Shown: positions 27,890 to 38,303, counted from the stretch's first letter. The stretch: 47,708 nucleotides of DNA from Pseudomonadota bacterium (GCA_043718025.1 JAYSWN010000194.1:1-47708), one strand, 5' to 3'. Translations and numbers: made by a program. The notes: generated from the letters alone by a model not told the origin.

Positions 27890-28606
27890 TTAGCTAGTGG
27901 TTCTGGCGTGTTGGAGAAGTTTTTGCAGGCTTTGCTGGAAGGTTTCTATTGCCAAATGCAGCTCAGTATCGTTCGCCACGAAAAGGGCTTTTCCTATGTT
28001 TACCGTCACCCTATGCCCGCGGCCCGAAAAGAGAATTCCGGGTGGGGCAATGTCGAAGGTTCCGCTGATCCCAATTGGCAAAACCGCCGCTCCTGAATTT
28101 TGGGCAATACGAAAGGGCCCCTTTTTCAGCGGCAAAAGTTCCCCATTGCGGGTGCGACTGCCTTCGGGAAAGACCATGACCGAGCGTCCTTCTCGCAGCC
28201 CGTTCTCGACCTCGCCCATGACATTCACATCGCGCTTGGAGTTGCCCCGCCTTATGAAGTGGCAACCCATCGCCCGCATGGTGCTACCCAAAAAAGGTAC
28301 CTTGCCCACCTCGGCCTTGGAAATCCAAACAAAATTGCGCGGCAGTGAGGCCAGCACGGCAATGTCCCAAATGCTGGAATGGTTTGAGGCAATGACGTAG
28401 GCGCGATTAGATTCCCAGTTCTCTAAACCGAGGGTTTTGATGTGAATGCCCATCAGGCGGCAGAGGCCACGGGCCCAAGCGCGGTGACCGTCGAATCCAG
28501 CTTTCTGGCTAAACTTAAACCAGAACCAGGTGTTGATGGCCCCATAAATAGTCCACAACGTGCCTAGAAAAATAAAAAAGTAAGCGGTAAGTTTGCGCAC
28601 GGTCAT
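27890..28606 (-). CDS. plsC: 1-acyl-sn-glycerol-3-phosphate acyltransferase
   Basis: NHSSIWD and FPEGSR. Confidence 0.88.
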   Translation of the reverse strand: MTVRKLTAYFFIFLGTLWTIYGAINTWFWFKFSQKAGFDGHRAWARGLCRLMGIHIKTLGLENWESNRAYVIASNHSSIWDIAVLASLPRNFVWISKAEVGKVPFLGSTMRAMGCHFIRRGNSKRDVNVMGEVENGLREGRSVMVFPEGSRTRNGELLPLKKGPFRIAQNSGAAVLPIGISGTFDIAPPGILFSGRGHRVTVNIGKALFVANDTELHLAIETFQQSLQKLLQHARTTS

Positions 28607-28814
28607 TTTCTCGTCTCGGCGAAGCCGGAGGCAAGTTTCATTCCTTCAACAGGAGTAAACCACAGGGACATAGGGCGCGCCATGAGAACTAAACTTTCAC
28701 GGGATTACGGCGCACTAAGAATAGGGAAGGCATCCAAACCGACTGGACCTCGGCATGCTGCTGCGCAGCGTGTGCGCACCTCACTAAGTTAAATTAACCG
28801 TTTATAATAAAAAG

Positions 28815-30002
28815 ATGCAAAAAAATGGGGAATGGCGCGAGCTCAATGGCTTGCGCGGAGTCGCGGTCTCGATTGTGATGCTGCACCACTTTGTTATGGC
28901 GCTGACCGCCTCCCATTCTTGGGAGAGAGGACTCTTTACCCTCTTGTCCGCCGGATGGCTCGGCGTGGAAATATTTTTCGTCATTTCGGGCTTTCTCATC
29001 ACCAAGTCGCTAATCGAAACTCGTGACCGCGCTCATCATTTTCGAAACTTCTACGTTCGTCGGGCGCTCAGAATACTGCCGCTATATTTCTGCCTGCTGA
29101 CTTGCTATTACCTTCTCCTTTTTCTGTTTCCGCGGGCCATCTCGGACAACTTGGCGTTTCCGATGAAGCGGCATTGGTACCTATTCTGGTTCAATCTTTC
29201 AAATGGGTTTGCCTGGGTGGAGACGAGGGGGTTGGGCTCGTTAGCTCACTTGTGGTCAGTGGCCATCGAAGAGCAGTTTTACCTAGTCTGGCCATTGGTC
29301 TTGTTTTACGTTTCGAAGCGCCGGCACCTCACCCTTAGTCTTACCCTTTTTGCTTTCACGTTGTTGCTTCGTGGTTACGCCATTTGGGCCGGTATAGATT
29401 CTTGGGCAATTTATGTAACCACCCCGCTTCGTTTAGATGGGTTGTTGCTCGGGGCCACTCTTTTTTTACTTTTTTCCTCGGACGAAAAACGTGGGCCTCA
29501 TTTTCTGTTTCATCCCCTCATTTTGTCGACGGCGGCTTTAGCGCTGGGGTTTACTTTCTACTTCGAAGGGCCCGAAGCTCGAAGCTGGGGAATGCAAACT
29601 TTTGGGTACCTGGCCTTGGCCCTGCTCAGCACCGGTTGGATTTATAATCTGGTTACCCAACGCGAAAAAGCCATTGGCGCTTGGTTTTTGAATGCGCGGC
29701 CCTTTCAATTAATTGGAAAGTATAGTTACGCTTGTTACCTGCTTAACTACCCACTCTGGTTCACGGTGAATAAAAGCGGTGCTTCACTTTGGTTGCAAAG
29801 TCTATTGGGTGGCAACAACGTTACTTTCCGCGTGCTTTATCTAACGGTGTTGTTTGCCACGACGATTTTAATTTCCCACTTCACTTTCGTTCTCATTGAG
29901 CGACCGGCACTGGGTCTGAAAAAATTCTTCTCCTCGCCAAAATTGATTATGCCCCAGGCAGACGTCAATGCGTCGGCTTTACCCCAAGCCAAGGCGCGAT
30001 GA
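28815..30002 (+). CDS. acyltransferase family 3 (OafA-like membrane domain)
   Basis: LNGLRGVA, FFVISGFLIT, RRALRILP and HLWSVAIEEQFY. Confidence 0.92.
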   Translation: MQKNGEWRELNGLRGVAVSIVMLHHFVMALTASHSWERGLFTLLSAGWLGVEIFFVISGFLITKSLIETRDRAHHFRNFYVRRALRILPLYFCLLTCYYLLLFLFPRAISDNLAFPMKRHWYLFWFNLSNGFAWVETRGLGSLAHLWSVAIEEQFYLVWPLVLFYVSKRRHLTLSLTLFAFTLLLRGYAIWAGIDSWAIYVTTPLRLDGLLLGATLFLLFSSDEKRGPHFLFHPLILSTAALALGFTFYFEGPEARSWGMQTFGYLALALLSTGWIYNLVTQREKAIGAWFLNARPFQLIGKYSYACYLLNYPLWFTVNKSGASLWLQSLLGGNNVTFRVLYLTVLFATTILISHFTFVLIERPALGLKKFFSSPKLIMPQADVNASALPQAKAR

Positions 30003-30945
30003 CCGGGGTTACCAAGTTAGCTACTTCGGCATGAAAGGCCGTATCAGGATGAGGGTCATCGTAGAGGCAGCGATAGGGCGCCGCCGTGACAAAGGGGATG
30101 CCACGTTCTCTCATAAAAGGGATGTAGGACCTAGAGCCTTCATCCATGACGATGACCAGTAGTCGGCTCGATCTTGTTTTGATCCACGTGTTCATCTGGT
30201 CAAGAAGTTGCGTGGTGATTTTTTCATTCTCCTCAATTCCGGCGTCCGCAGCATTCGGCTTGCCATAGAATTGAGCGTAGTACGTTCCGCATAAGAAAGC
30301 GGAGTAGCGGCACCAAAAGGGAGGGTATTTCCCCTCCGGGGGGAACTCTACAAGCTCACTCCCCTTGAGCCTGACGTGGGGAATTTTAACGTGGCCACGT
30401 TGGCCGTAAATATAGACAATTCCTCGCCAGTCACGATTTGCTGAATTGCGATCGTCCTGATGCTTGCCCATTGCGAACAGCACCACTTTGGGTAAGGCGC
30501 GCTCTGAGTACAGATCCTTCAAGGTTAAAAACGACTGATAAGTTCCGTAGCCGCCCACTCCATGATTATAGAACTGAACATTTGGATAGCGCTTTGAAAT
30601 CAAGGCGGTAAAAGTTTCTGCATTGCCTACGCCCCAGCCGGCCGTAATCGAGTCGCCGACGGCAATAACCTCCGTTAGTGCCTTTTTTATTGGCGTTGGG
30701 TGGTCGGAAAGGGCCCGGTCCCCGGCCGGCAAAACATCAAAATAAAACTCTCGCAAGCCTGATTTACTAAGAATTCGAAAACGGTGATGACCGGGAAGAT
30801 TCTTCCATCCACGCCGTTCATCGTCCTGCATTATTCGCGGATGCGGGTAGCGAACATTTGCGTAGAATCGATAGACTCGATGGTGAAAAACCGAGAGACA
30901 AACTCCGCACAGAGTTACGCAGACCAACAATATTTTCCTATTCAT
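29965..30945 (-). CDS. membrane-anchored SGNH/GDSL hydrolase-like protein
   Basis: VGDSITAGWG, GVGGYG and DPHP; N-terminal TM helix. Confidence 0.75.
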   Translation of the reverse strand: MNRKILLVCVTLCGVCLSVFHHRVYRFYANVRYPHPRIMQDDERRGWKNLPGHHRFRILSKSGLREFYFDVLPAGDRALSDHPTPIKKALTEVIAVGDSITAGWGVGNAETFTALISKRYPNVQFYNHGVGGYGTYQSFLTLKDLYSERALPKVVLFAMGKHQDDRNSANRDWRGIVYIYGQRGHVKIPHVRLKGSELVEFPPEGKYPPFWCRYSAFLCGTYYAQFYGKPNAADAGIEENEKITTQLLDQMNTWIKTRSSRLLVIVMDEGSRSYIPFMRERGIPFVTAAPYRCLYDDPHPDTAFHAEVANLVTPVIAPWLGVKPTH

Positions 30946-31012
30946 TGTGCGATGGATCGTAGTCCAGCCTTGCATTTGCCGCAACGCTGGAGAGGTGGGC
31001 GCGCGAGATCCG

Positions 31013-32089
31013 TTAAAAATCGATCGCATCTTCAAGAGGAATGCGCCCGATCCAATGGCGCAGAGTAGGAATGGGCCGCTCGGCCTTCGAAGGGTAGTCG
31101 ACGCGTACGTAAGTTAGGCGAACGCGGCGTCCAAAACTCTCGAGATCCATTGAAACAATGTCGGTCCAGGTTCCGGTGTTTAAGTACTGTTTGGTCTCGC
31201 CGATAGAAACGTGCTTGTAAACGTGAGTGTGGCCGAACACCACGGTGTGAACATCGGGAGTTTGCAAAATTCGTTTTGCCGCGTCGGTCAAGTCTGGAAA
31301 CACGCTCGCCTCGCGCAGCATCTTCAAGGTCATGCGCAGATTGGTGTGGCGATAACGCGACCGGCTCAGTTGGGTAGAGATGAAAAAGGTTACCAGCCGC
31401 AACAAATTTATGACCGCAAACCAAGTGTCGTGAATCAATAGCCAATGAATCACCGCGCGAAAGGGGCGAACTTTGTCGATGAAGGGCCGCGACATTTTGA
31501 AGCGGATCAAATAATAAAGCGTAAAAAGCGTGCCCCAGGGCAAATTCAAAATCGGTTCCGATAGATTTTCAGTGAGAAAGAGGCGTGCCGGATCGACGCG
31601 GTTAATGGCTTCGAACTGGTGGCCGTGCTCAACGTGAATGCCATCAGCGACATAAAAAAAGTTTTTCCAGTTTACGTCATAGCCAACCGCTTTATCGAAA
31701 ACGTCGCGCGAGGCTTTCCAAACCAACTCTTGATCGTGATTGCCCACCACGAAGGTCATCGAATGCTTTGGGTTATTCAAAAATGTTTTTAGCGCTTTAA
31801 AAAAGATGGGGTGGCCCTTTATCACCGCCTGGGTTTTTGCCTTCGAGATGGTTTCGGTAATCGCGGCCGGGTAATGGCCATGGTAATCAACTTGAATCAG
31901 GTTGAGCATGTCGCCATTAAAGATCAGCTCCACTTCGTAATCAGCGTATTCCTCGGTGGAATAGTAATCGAGAAATTCTTTAAACCGGGCGTCGAACGGA
32001 AAATCTTCCATCACGTTAGGGGCGCCATTGGGCATGCGAATGCCGGTGCCCAAGTGAAAGTCTGAAACGATTAGTTTAATCTTCTTCAT
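31013..32089 (-). CDS. calcineurin-like metallophosphoesterase
   Basis: SDFHLG, NGD, GNHD, HGH, GHTH and NTGTW. Confidence 0.9.
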   Translation of the reverse strand: MKKIKLIVSDFHLGTGIRMPNGAPNVMEDFPFDARFKEFLDYYSTEEYADYEVELIFNGDMLNLIQVDYHGHYPAAITETISKAKTQAVIKGHPIFFKALKTFLNNPKHSMTFVVGNHDQELVWKASRDVFDKAVGYDVNWKNFFYVADGIHVEHGHQFEAINRVDPARLFLTENLSEPILNLPWGTLFTLYYLIRFKMSRPFIDKVRPFRAVIHWLLIHDTWFAVINLLRLVTFFISTQLSRSRYRHTNLRMTLKMLREASVFPDLTDAAKRILQTPDVHTVVFGHTHVYKHVSIGETKQYLNTGTWTDIVSMDLESFGRRVRLTYVRVDYPSKAERPIPTLRHWIGRIPLEDAIDF

Positions 32090-32107
32090 GGTAAATAAGG
32101 CGGCGCA

Positions 32108-33109
32108 TTAGCCAGCTTTACGCTGATTTTCATCCGAATTGGTGTATTCGTCAGTGCTGTCGATTTTTTCCAAAAGAGAAATGGCGAGACGCATCGTCTC
32201 AATGAGTCGCTTCTTTTTCGAGTCAATCGAGGAGAGCACAAAGGTGGACCGGCGTAAGCGGTCTTCAAGCGTCTCTTGTTCTAGCTCCAGTGCATCGGTT
32301 TTTTTACGAAGCTCAAGTAGGTGTTTGTCTTTTGAGTCGAGCAGCGCTTGCATGTCGCGCTTCAATAGTTCGTGTTTGGTTTCTAGCTCGCGTTCTTTGA
32401 GCTTTATTTTCTTTAGGTCTTCGCGGATCTTCTCTTTCCACTCTTCTTTTTGCTTCAATAGGGCTTCAACGTCGGAATCGAGTTTTCCGGTGTTGCGCAA
32501 ACGTTCTTCAAGTTCGGCGCGAACTTGGGCCACGTCGCCGGCGTACCGATCTTTTAACTCCTGTAGCTCTCGTTTATAACGCTCGCGTTCAGCTTTTAGT
32601 GAGTCCAACTGTCCGCCGCGCTCTTGTATGGCGCTGGAGGCTCGGTTCATCTCCGCGGTCATTTTATTCAAAATCGCCTGATGCTGTTTGAGCTGTTCTT
32701 TCAGATCTTTGGCTTCGGCCTCTTTGAGCGAAATGTATTTGCGCAGCACTTCGACTTGATTGGTTGAATCTGAATCAACGCTGGAGAGTCGAGAAATGCT
32801 GTCTACCTGTGGCTTGATCAGATCCATTTGCACTTCTAAATTATTGCTGCGTGCCGGAGCCTTGGTTGCGGTGTTATCGGGCTGGGGTTCTGCCTCAAAG
32901 ACTGTTGCCGGCCACTCGTTTTTCAATGGCTTTGAGGCGGGCGATTCCGAGGTTTTGGAGGCTTCTTCTTCGGTGGGGAAAAACGGCTCCAAACGGGAAA
33001 GGCTGCCTTCGCTGTCGGGAAACGCAGGCGAAATTTCGCCCTCGCTATCGATGCGAAAAAAGTCAGATTTGTTCGAGTCTTTCTTATCTTTGGGATCGTT
33101 TGAAGACAC
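32108..33109 (-). CDS. coiled-coil protein with a disordered acidic N-terminus
   Basis: E/K/L heptad-rich C-terminal region; SD AGGAGG before the GTG start. Confidence 0.8.
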   Translation of the reverse strand: MSSNDPKDKKDSNKSDFFRIDSEGEISPAFPDSEGSLSRLEPFFPTEEEASKTSESPASKPLKNEWPATVFEAEPQPDNTATKAPARSNNLEVQMDLIKPQVDSISRLSSVDSDSTNQVEVLRKYISLKEAEAKDLKEQLKQHQAILNKMTAEMNRASSAIQERGGQLDSLKAERERYKRELQELKDRYAGDVAQVRAELEERLRNTGKLDSDVEALLKQKEEWKEKIREDLKKIKLKERELETKHELLKRDMQALLDSKDKHLLELRKKTDALELEQETLEDRLRRSTFVLSSIDSKKKRLIETMRLAISLLEKIDSTDEYTNSDENQRKAG

Positions 33110-33176
33110 GATTGCCTCCTTCTTGATGTATCGGTAAAAACTAGATTTTTCTTTAAAGGACCATTAGTTAGGGTGA

Positions 33177-33857
33177 ATGCTTAAAGTCCGTCCCGAACGT
33201 GATGATGCACTGCCGTTTACCGCAAAGTGGATGCGCGGGGAAAAGCGTTACCAGCTTGCGCTGGCCTATCGCGTTAAAGCCTTTCCCCTTGTCCAATTGC
33301 CGAGCGGGGTGAAATGGGACCTTTGGTACGACCAGCCTTACTTTATGCTGCTGGCCAGTGTGCTTTCGCATCGCAAATGGCTGGGTAAAATTCCTTTGGG
33401 CAATAAATTTGCCCCGCAGATGGAGGGGCTGGCCCCGGTGCTTTCTCCGGACGGCAAACGGGGCTGGTACCGTTTTTTTCTAAAGAACGAGGGCCTTACC
33501 CACCGGGTGCAGTTTTTTCCCGAGTTAGATAGCTCGCGATCGGAAGTTGAATTTCATTGGGGAGAAAGTCATTTGAAAGCGGAAACTCACGGGGGGGCCC
33601 TGGCGCTTGAATCTTTTCCGGAACCGGCGTTCTTATTTCGGCGTTTCTTCGTGTTGAGTGGCTCGGGCCGAAAAATGAAACTCCACGCCTTTGAACATCA
33701 GAACCGAATGGCTTGGGAAGCCGAAAACCTGGTTTCGAGCGGGCTACCCGCGCTTTTCCCCACGGGGATAGTATTAGAGACCGCGGCCCCCGAATTTGCG
33801 TACGTGGGCAAGGGGTCGCCCTTCGCTCAAAGTAGGGCGTCCGTGGTACAGTGCTGA
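33177..33857 (+). CDS. hypothetical protein, possibly a divergent DUF2071/YqjF-like fold
   Basis: Weak resemblance only (LPSGVKWDL, DGKRGWY). Confidence 0.5.
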   Translation: MLKVRPERDDALPFTAKWMRGEKRYQLALAYRVKAFPLVQLPSGVKWDLWYDQPYFMLLASVLSHRKWLGKIPLGNKFAPQMEGLAPVLSPDGKRGWYRFFLKNEGLTHRVQFFPELDSSRSEVEFHWGESHLKAETHGGALALESFPEPAFLFRRFFVLSGSGRKMKLHAFEHQNRMAWEAENLVSSGLPALFPTGIVLETAAPEFAYVGKGSPFAQSRASVVQC

Positions 33858-33866
33858 CACCTCACT

Positions 33867-34277
33867 ATGAAAATAAGCAAATCTGCCAAGCGGTCGGTCA
33901 GTAAACTTGCCGCGGTTCTAGCGGCGGCTGGGCTTTTAGCCTTGGCAATTTTCCTTATTCGCGATCACCAGATTAAGAATGATGAAAGAGTTTTTAATTC
34001 TTTAGATCCTGCCGTGCACGAATTGCTCGACCGGGCTCGGCTGATTCAATCTGAAAAAACATTGGCCTGTTTTATTTATGCGGGTGAAGAGCTCGAGACC
34101 AAGTGGCTTAGGCAATTCGGAACTAAGTATGGGGATCCCCGATTGCGCGAGTGCGAGGGGCTTTATAGTCATCTCATTTTTTGGGGTGACCTCTCAAAGA
34201 CCGATTACACGCGAACCCACGTGATCGTATTCCAAAAGCATAAAGGGTACCTGCTGGCCCCCGCGCGCGGCCGTTAA
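33867..34277 (+). CDS. membrane-anchored hypothetical protein
   Basis: Single N-terminal TM helix. Confidence 0.6.
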   Translation: MKISKSAKRSVSKLAAVLAAAGLLALAIFLIRDHQIKNDERVFNSLDPAVHELLDRARLIQSEKTLACFIYAGEELETKWLRQFGTKYGDPRLRECEGLYSHLIFWGDLSKTDYTRTHVIVFQKHKGYLLAPARGR

Positions 34278-34309
34278 CCCAATCGCTCTTCGTTGTCGGT
34301 CTAAATAGT

Positions 34310-34999
34310 TTAGTGGGCCGGGGGCGGTGCTACCGGAAGGTAGAGCTGTTTCACCATGACTAGCTCTTCAACATCGGGTTTTTGCACCTGACGGCGGATG
34401 GCCTCAATGGTGTGACGGGGAATGTTTTTTTGCACTAAATTTACTAGCCAGCGCGGCACGCCTCCTTTGGGATCAACGTGAACGGTGTATTCCAAATACG
34501 TTTTGGTGGGCGATTCTTGCCGAAGCACGTAGCGGCTGTTGATCACGCGGCCACGAATCATATTGGTTGGCGGCATCCCGGCATCTTCCACCGACGAAAA
34601 ATGAAATATTAAGTCGCGCGTAGCTTCCACGAATTCGGCTTTTGCGTGCAGCACAAAATCACGGTTAGCGGTAAAAGGGGGGGTGGCAATGCTGGTGTAC
34701 TCAATGCGTTCTTTCTCTGAAATTTGGCGGATGATCTTAGCTTCAATTAAACTCGGTACCCATTCTTTGCGGCGGCTGGTATCGGCCAGCACTTGCGCCA
34801 CTTTGGCAATCGAGGCGTCGATGTGGGCCTCGCCTTTAAAGGCGAAAAGGGGGCTGTCGGCCGTTTCCCACCTAAAAACTTTGATGCCATCGCGTTCGCT
34901 TAGTGGTTGCCATGCCACCTGAGACAGATCGGCCGAGGCCAGAGATTGGTTGCCGGAGATTAAGCTCAGCAGAATGAGTAGGGGAAAGTAAAATCGCAT
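34310..34999 (-). CDS. secreted START-domain lipid-binding protein
   Basis: RDGIKVF, RKEW, NRDFV and DPKGGVPRWLVN; signal peptide. Confidence 0.88.
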   Translation of the reverse strand: MRFYFPLLILLSLISGNQSLASADLSQVAWQPLSERDGIKVFRWETADSPLFAFKGEAHIDASIAKVAQVLADTSRRKEWVPSLIEAKIIRQISEKERIEYTSIATPPFTANRDFVLHAKAEFVEATRDLIFHFSSVEDAGMPPTNMIRGRVINSRYVLRQESPTKTYLEYTVHVDPKGGVPRWLVNLVQKNIPRHTIEAIRRQVQKPDVEELVMVKQLYLPVAPPPAH

Positions 35000-35072
35000 G
35001 GCTGATTTTAAACCGCCCCGCCCCTTTATTGCACTCTAGATCTGCGCCGATCGGGTTCTTAATCGAATCTTG

Positions 35073-38000
35073 TCAGTGAAAGTCGTGCGATTGGTTTCGT
35101 AGGTTGGAGGCCGGGATTAGGCGCTCCGCTCCATCGACAATGACATGGGTGACGTTGGTGCCCTGCGTTTTTTCTACGCGCCCCTTCACGCGCAGCAGCG
35201 CCTCGTTCGACATCAGCTCTCGGTACTTTTCAAAAACCTTTCTCCAGATCACCAGGTTAATGAAGCCCAGTTCATCTTCTAGGGTGATAAAGAGGACGCC
35301 CTTGGCGGTGGGGGGCATCTGCCGGCAGATGACCAGCCCCGCGGTTTCGACGCGAGAGAGTCCCTTCTTTTCGAGCAACTGCTTTGAGTCCAAGACCTTC
35401 TCGGCCTTTAAAAAGTCACGAAAACAGCTCATCGGATGAGCGGTGAGAGAAACGCCCTTAGCGCTGTAATCTAAGGCCACACTTTCCCATTTGGTTTCGA
35501 GCGGCAGCTCTAGCTTTTCTTCATGCGGAGAAAACGGCTCGCTATCTTGAATGAAGGCCCCTTGAATTTGCCACATGGCTTCCCGTCGGTTCAAACCGTA
35601 GCTGCAAAAGGCATCGGCGCCGGCCAGTAAAAAAAGGTCGCGCTTTTTCAGTGGGTCAGGGGCGATTTCGGTTTTCAAATTTTCAAAGAGCGAGAAAAGC
35701 GTGGTGGCGTTAAGGCGGGCCTTTTCTACCGCCCGGCCCACCTTTTCAGTTAAGCCCCGCACTTCGCGAAAACCCATGCGCACTTCGTTGCGGCGTTCAA
35801 CAAAATGATCCCAGGTAGAAAGTTTGGCGTCGAGGGGTAGCATCACCACGCCGTGGTTCACGGCGTCGTACACCAGCGTGCTGGTCTGATAAAAGCCCAT
35901 AGGCTGGGCATTTAAAATGCCGACCAGGTAGCAGTCGGGGTAATAGTAGCGAAGGTAGGCGCTGGCGTAAGCCAGCAGCGCAAAAGAGGCGGCGTGGCTT
36001 TCGGGAAAACCATATTCGGCAAAGCCTTCGATCTGTTGAAACACGCGATCGGCAAACTCTTGGGAAATGCCGCGGGCCATGAGACCCGTCTTAAATTTTT
36101 CGCCCAGCGGCGATAGGCGGTTGCCGCCGTGATTTCGCCACGTGCCCATGGCGCGCCTGAGTTCATCGGCCTCTCCGGCGCTAAAGCCCGCCACCCTCAT
36201 GGCCATTTTCATGATCTGCTCTTGAAACAGCGGCACTCCGTAAGTCTTTTTTAAAATCGCCTCTAATTCGGGGTGGGGGTAGGTGACTTTTTCTAAACCC
36301 GCTCGTCTCCTTAGGTAAGGGTGAACCATTTCGCCTTGAATGGGGCCGGGGCGCACCAGCGCCACCTCCACCACCAGATCGTAAAATACTTTGGGCTGAA
36401 GGCGAGGCAACATGTTCATCTGCGCGCGTGATTCAATTTGAAACACGCCGATGGTGTCGCCGGTGGCAATCTGCGCGTACACTTTAGGGTCTTCGGCCGG
36501 AATGGAGGCTAGGGTCAGCGTGATGCCGCGGCTCTTTTCAACTTGCGAAAAAGTTTTTCGAAGGCAGGTCAAAATGCCTAATCCTAAAATGTCTACCTTC
36601 ACCAGGTTTAAGGTGTCGAGATCGTCTTTGTTCCATTGAATGATGGTGCGGTCTTTCATCGCGGCTTTCTCCACCGGAACCAAGTGGGTGAGCTTGTCTT
36701 GACACAGAATAAAGCCACCGACGTGAGTGCCTAAATGGCGGGGGAAACCCGAAATCTCATCGGCAAGCTCTAGGTATTTGGGTAAGAGTTCAGCCGGCAT
36801 GCGATCGTGAAGTTGCTGTCTTTCGGCCGGCTTTAACGGGTCGAGCTTTAGATCACGGCGGTGAGTGAGGGTCTGAATGGTGTCAATCGCGGCCGACGGT
36901 ACGCCAAACACCTTGCCCACTTCACGCAGGGCCGAACGGCGGCGAAAGCAAATGGTGTTGGCGGTAATGGCGGCGCGATCGCGGCCGTAGCGTCGGTAAA
37001 TGTACTGAATCACCTCTTCGCGTCGCTCGTGCTCAAAATCAATGTCAATGTCGGGCGGCTCTTTGCGTTCACGTGAAACAAAACGTTCGAAAAGTAAATT
37101 CATGCGCACTGGATCGATGGCGGTGATGCCTAAAAAATAACAGACCACCGAGTTGGCGGCTGAGCCGCGCCCCTGAAATAAGATCTTCTCCCTCTGCGCA
37201 AACTGAATGATGTCCCAGATGGTGAGAAAGTAATGGCCGTAATCAAGCTCGCTTATCAACCCTAACTCGTGTTCTACCTGTTTTTTTACGTCGGCGGGAA
37301 CGCCGTTAGGGTAACGAAATAGCGCCCCCTGCCACGTTAGCTTTTGCAAAAAACTACTTTGCGTTTCTCCCGGCGGCAGCCACTCGTCTGGGTAGCGGTA
37401 ATGCAGTTCATTTAGGGAGAATAGGCAGCGCTCCGAAATTTCTTTGGTGCGCGAAATCCATTCTGGAAAATCATGAAACAGCTCGGCTACGGTGTGGGGA
37501 GATTTTAAATGGCGCTCGTCGTTAGGCAGCAGTTTAAAGCCGGCTTGGTCTAGTGTGCAGTTGTGGTGAATACAGGTGAGCACGTCTTGTAAGGCTTTGC
37601 GGTGAGGCGTGTGGTAGAGCGGCTCTAAGCTTGCGATCAATGGGATGTTTAAGCGCGTGCTGGCGGCTTGGGCCTTTTTAATTCGCGCGCCGTCGCTGCC
37701 TTCTGCGTAGAGAGTGGCGCTGAGGTAAATACGGCCGTCGTAGGCTTCGCGCAAATCCGGCGGGCAATCGTAAGGGTAGGGGAGAATTAAGCTGAGCCCT
37801 TCATTATTTTCGGCGGCCACGTTCCAGGCGAGGCGCGGGTCATCGCGCTCCTCGTGTGCGAGTGTGAGCGACTCTCCCAAATTGGCGTACCCTTTTTTGT
37901 TTTCGGCTAAGAAGCAGAGTCGTTGCCCGGTGGGGGATAGCGTTTCGGCGCCAACGATAAGTCGCGCGCCTTTTAATTTTTCGGCGGCCTGATGCGCTTG

Positions 38001-38168
38001 CGGTAAACCGTAAACTCCATGGCGGTCGACCAGCGCAATGGCACGGTAGCCCAACGCCGTTGCGCTGTGGATCATTTCGCTGGGATGAGAGGCCCCGTGC
38101 AAAAAAGAAAAGCACGTCTTGGCGAGCAACTCGACAAAATCACTTCGTAGCCGAGGGTGCGCCGTCAT
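35073..38168 (-). CDS. dnaE2: error-prone DNA polymerase DnaE2 (ImuC)
   Basis: FSFLHGASHP, GRGSAANS, PPDIDIDFEH, GFPESHA and C-terminal SHDFH. Confidence 0.97.
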   Translation of the reverse strand: MTAHPRLRSDFVELLAKTCFSFLHGASHPSEMIHSATALGYRAIALVDRHGVYGLPQAHQAAEKLKGARLIVGAETLSPTGQRLCFLAENKKGYANLGESLTLAHEERDDPRLAWNVAAENNEGLSLILPYPYDCPPDLREAYDGRIYLSATLYAEGSDGARIKKAQAASTRLNIPLIASLEPLYHTPHRKALQDVLTCIHHNCTLDQAGFKLLPNDERHLKSPHTVAELFHDFPEWISRTKEISERCLFSLNELHYRYPDEWLPPGETQSSFLQKLTWQGALFRYPNGVPADVKKQVEHELGLISELDYGHYFLTIWDIIQFAQREKILFQGRGSAANSVVCYFLGITAIDPVRMNLLFERFVSRERKEPPDIDIDFEHERREEVIQYIYRRYGRDRAAITANTICFRRRSALREVGKVFGVPSAAIDTIQTLTHRRDLKLDPLKPAERQQLHDRMPAELLPKYLELADEISGFPRHLGTHVGGFILCQDKLTHLVPVEKAAMKDRTIIQWNKDDLDTLNLVKVDILGLGILTCLRKTFSQVEKSRGITLTLASIPAEDPKVYAQIATGDTIGVFQIESRAQMNMLPRLQPKVFYDLVVEVALVRPGPIQGEMVHPYLRRRAGLEKVTYPHPELEAILKKTYGVPLFQEQIMKMAMRVAGFSAGEADELRRAMGTWRNHGGNRLSPLGEKFKTGLMARGISQEFADRVFQQIEGFAEYGFPESHAASFALLAYASAYLRYYYPDCYLVGILNAQPMGFYQTSTLVYDAVNHGVVMLPLDAKLSTWDHFVERRNEVRMGFREVRGLTEKVGRAVEKARLNATTLFSLFENLKTEIAPDPLKKRDLFLLAGADAFCSYGLNRREAMWQIQGAFIQDSEPFSPHEEKLELPLETKWESVALDYSAKGVSLTAHPMSCFRDFLKAEKVLDSKQLLEKKGLSRVETAGLVICRQMPPTAKGVLFITLEDELGFINLVIWRKVFEKYRELMSNEALLRVKGRVEKTQGTNVTHVIVDGAERLIPASNLRNQSHDFH

Positions 38169-38189
38169 TTTGTTAGTTCCCTGATTTCC

Positions 38190-38303
38190 AAAGGTGCCCA
38201 TCTACTTTTCAGCTGAAAAGGTCGCGGGTGCATCTCACAGTTTTGCACCTGGCACCTTTTCAGCTGAAAAGTAGATGGGCACCTTTTTGGGCACCTTTTT
38301 GGG
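38190..38303. repeat. REP/MITE-like element with 33-bp perfect inverted repeats
   Basis: 38190-38222 is the exact reverse complement of 38254-38286; each arm holds the palindrome CTTTTCAGCTGAAAAG; tandem GGGCACCTTTTT x2 at the right end. Confidence 0.85.

Noticed and set aside
28603..28683. 26-aa uORF (MARPMSLW...) overlapping the plsC start by ATGA
   Set aside because: No SD or recognisable motif; ORFs this short arise by chance.
38190..38303. Mini-CRISPR array
   Set aside because: The repeats are inverted rather than direct, with only one spacer.
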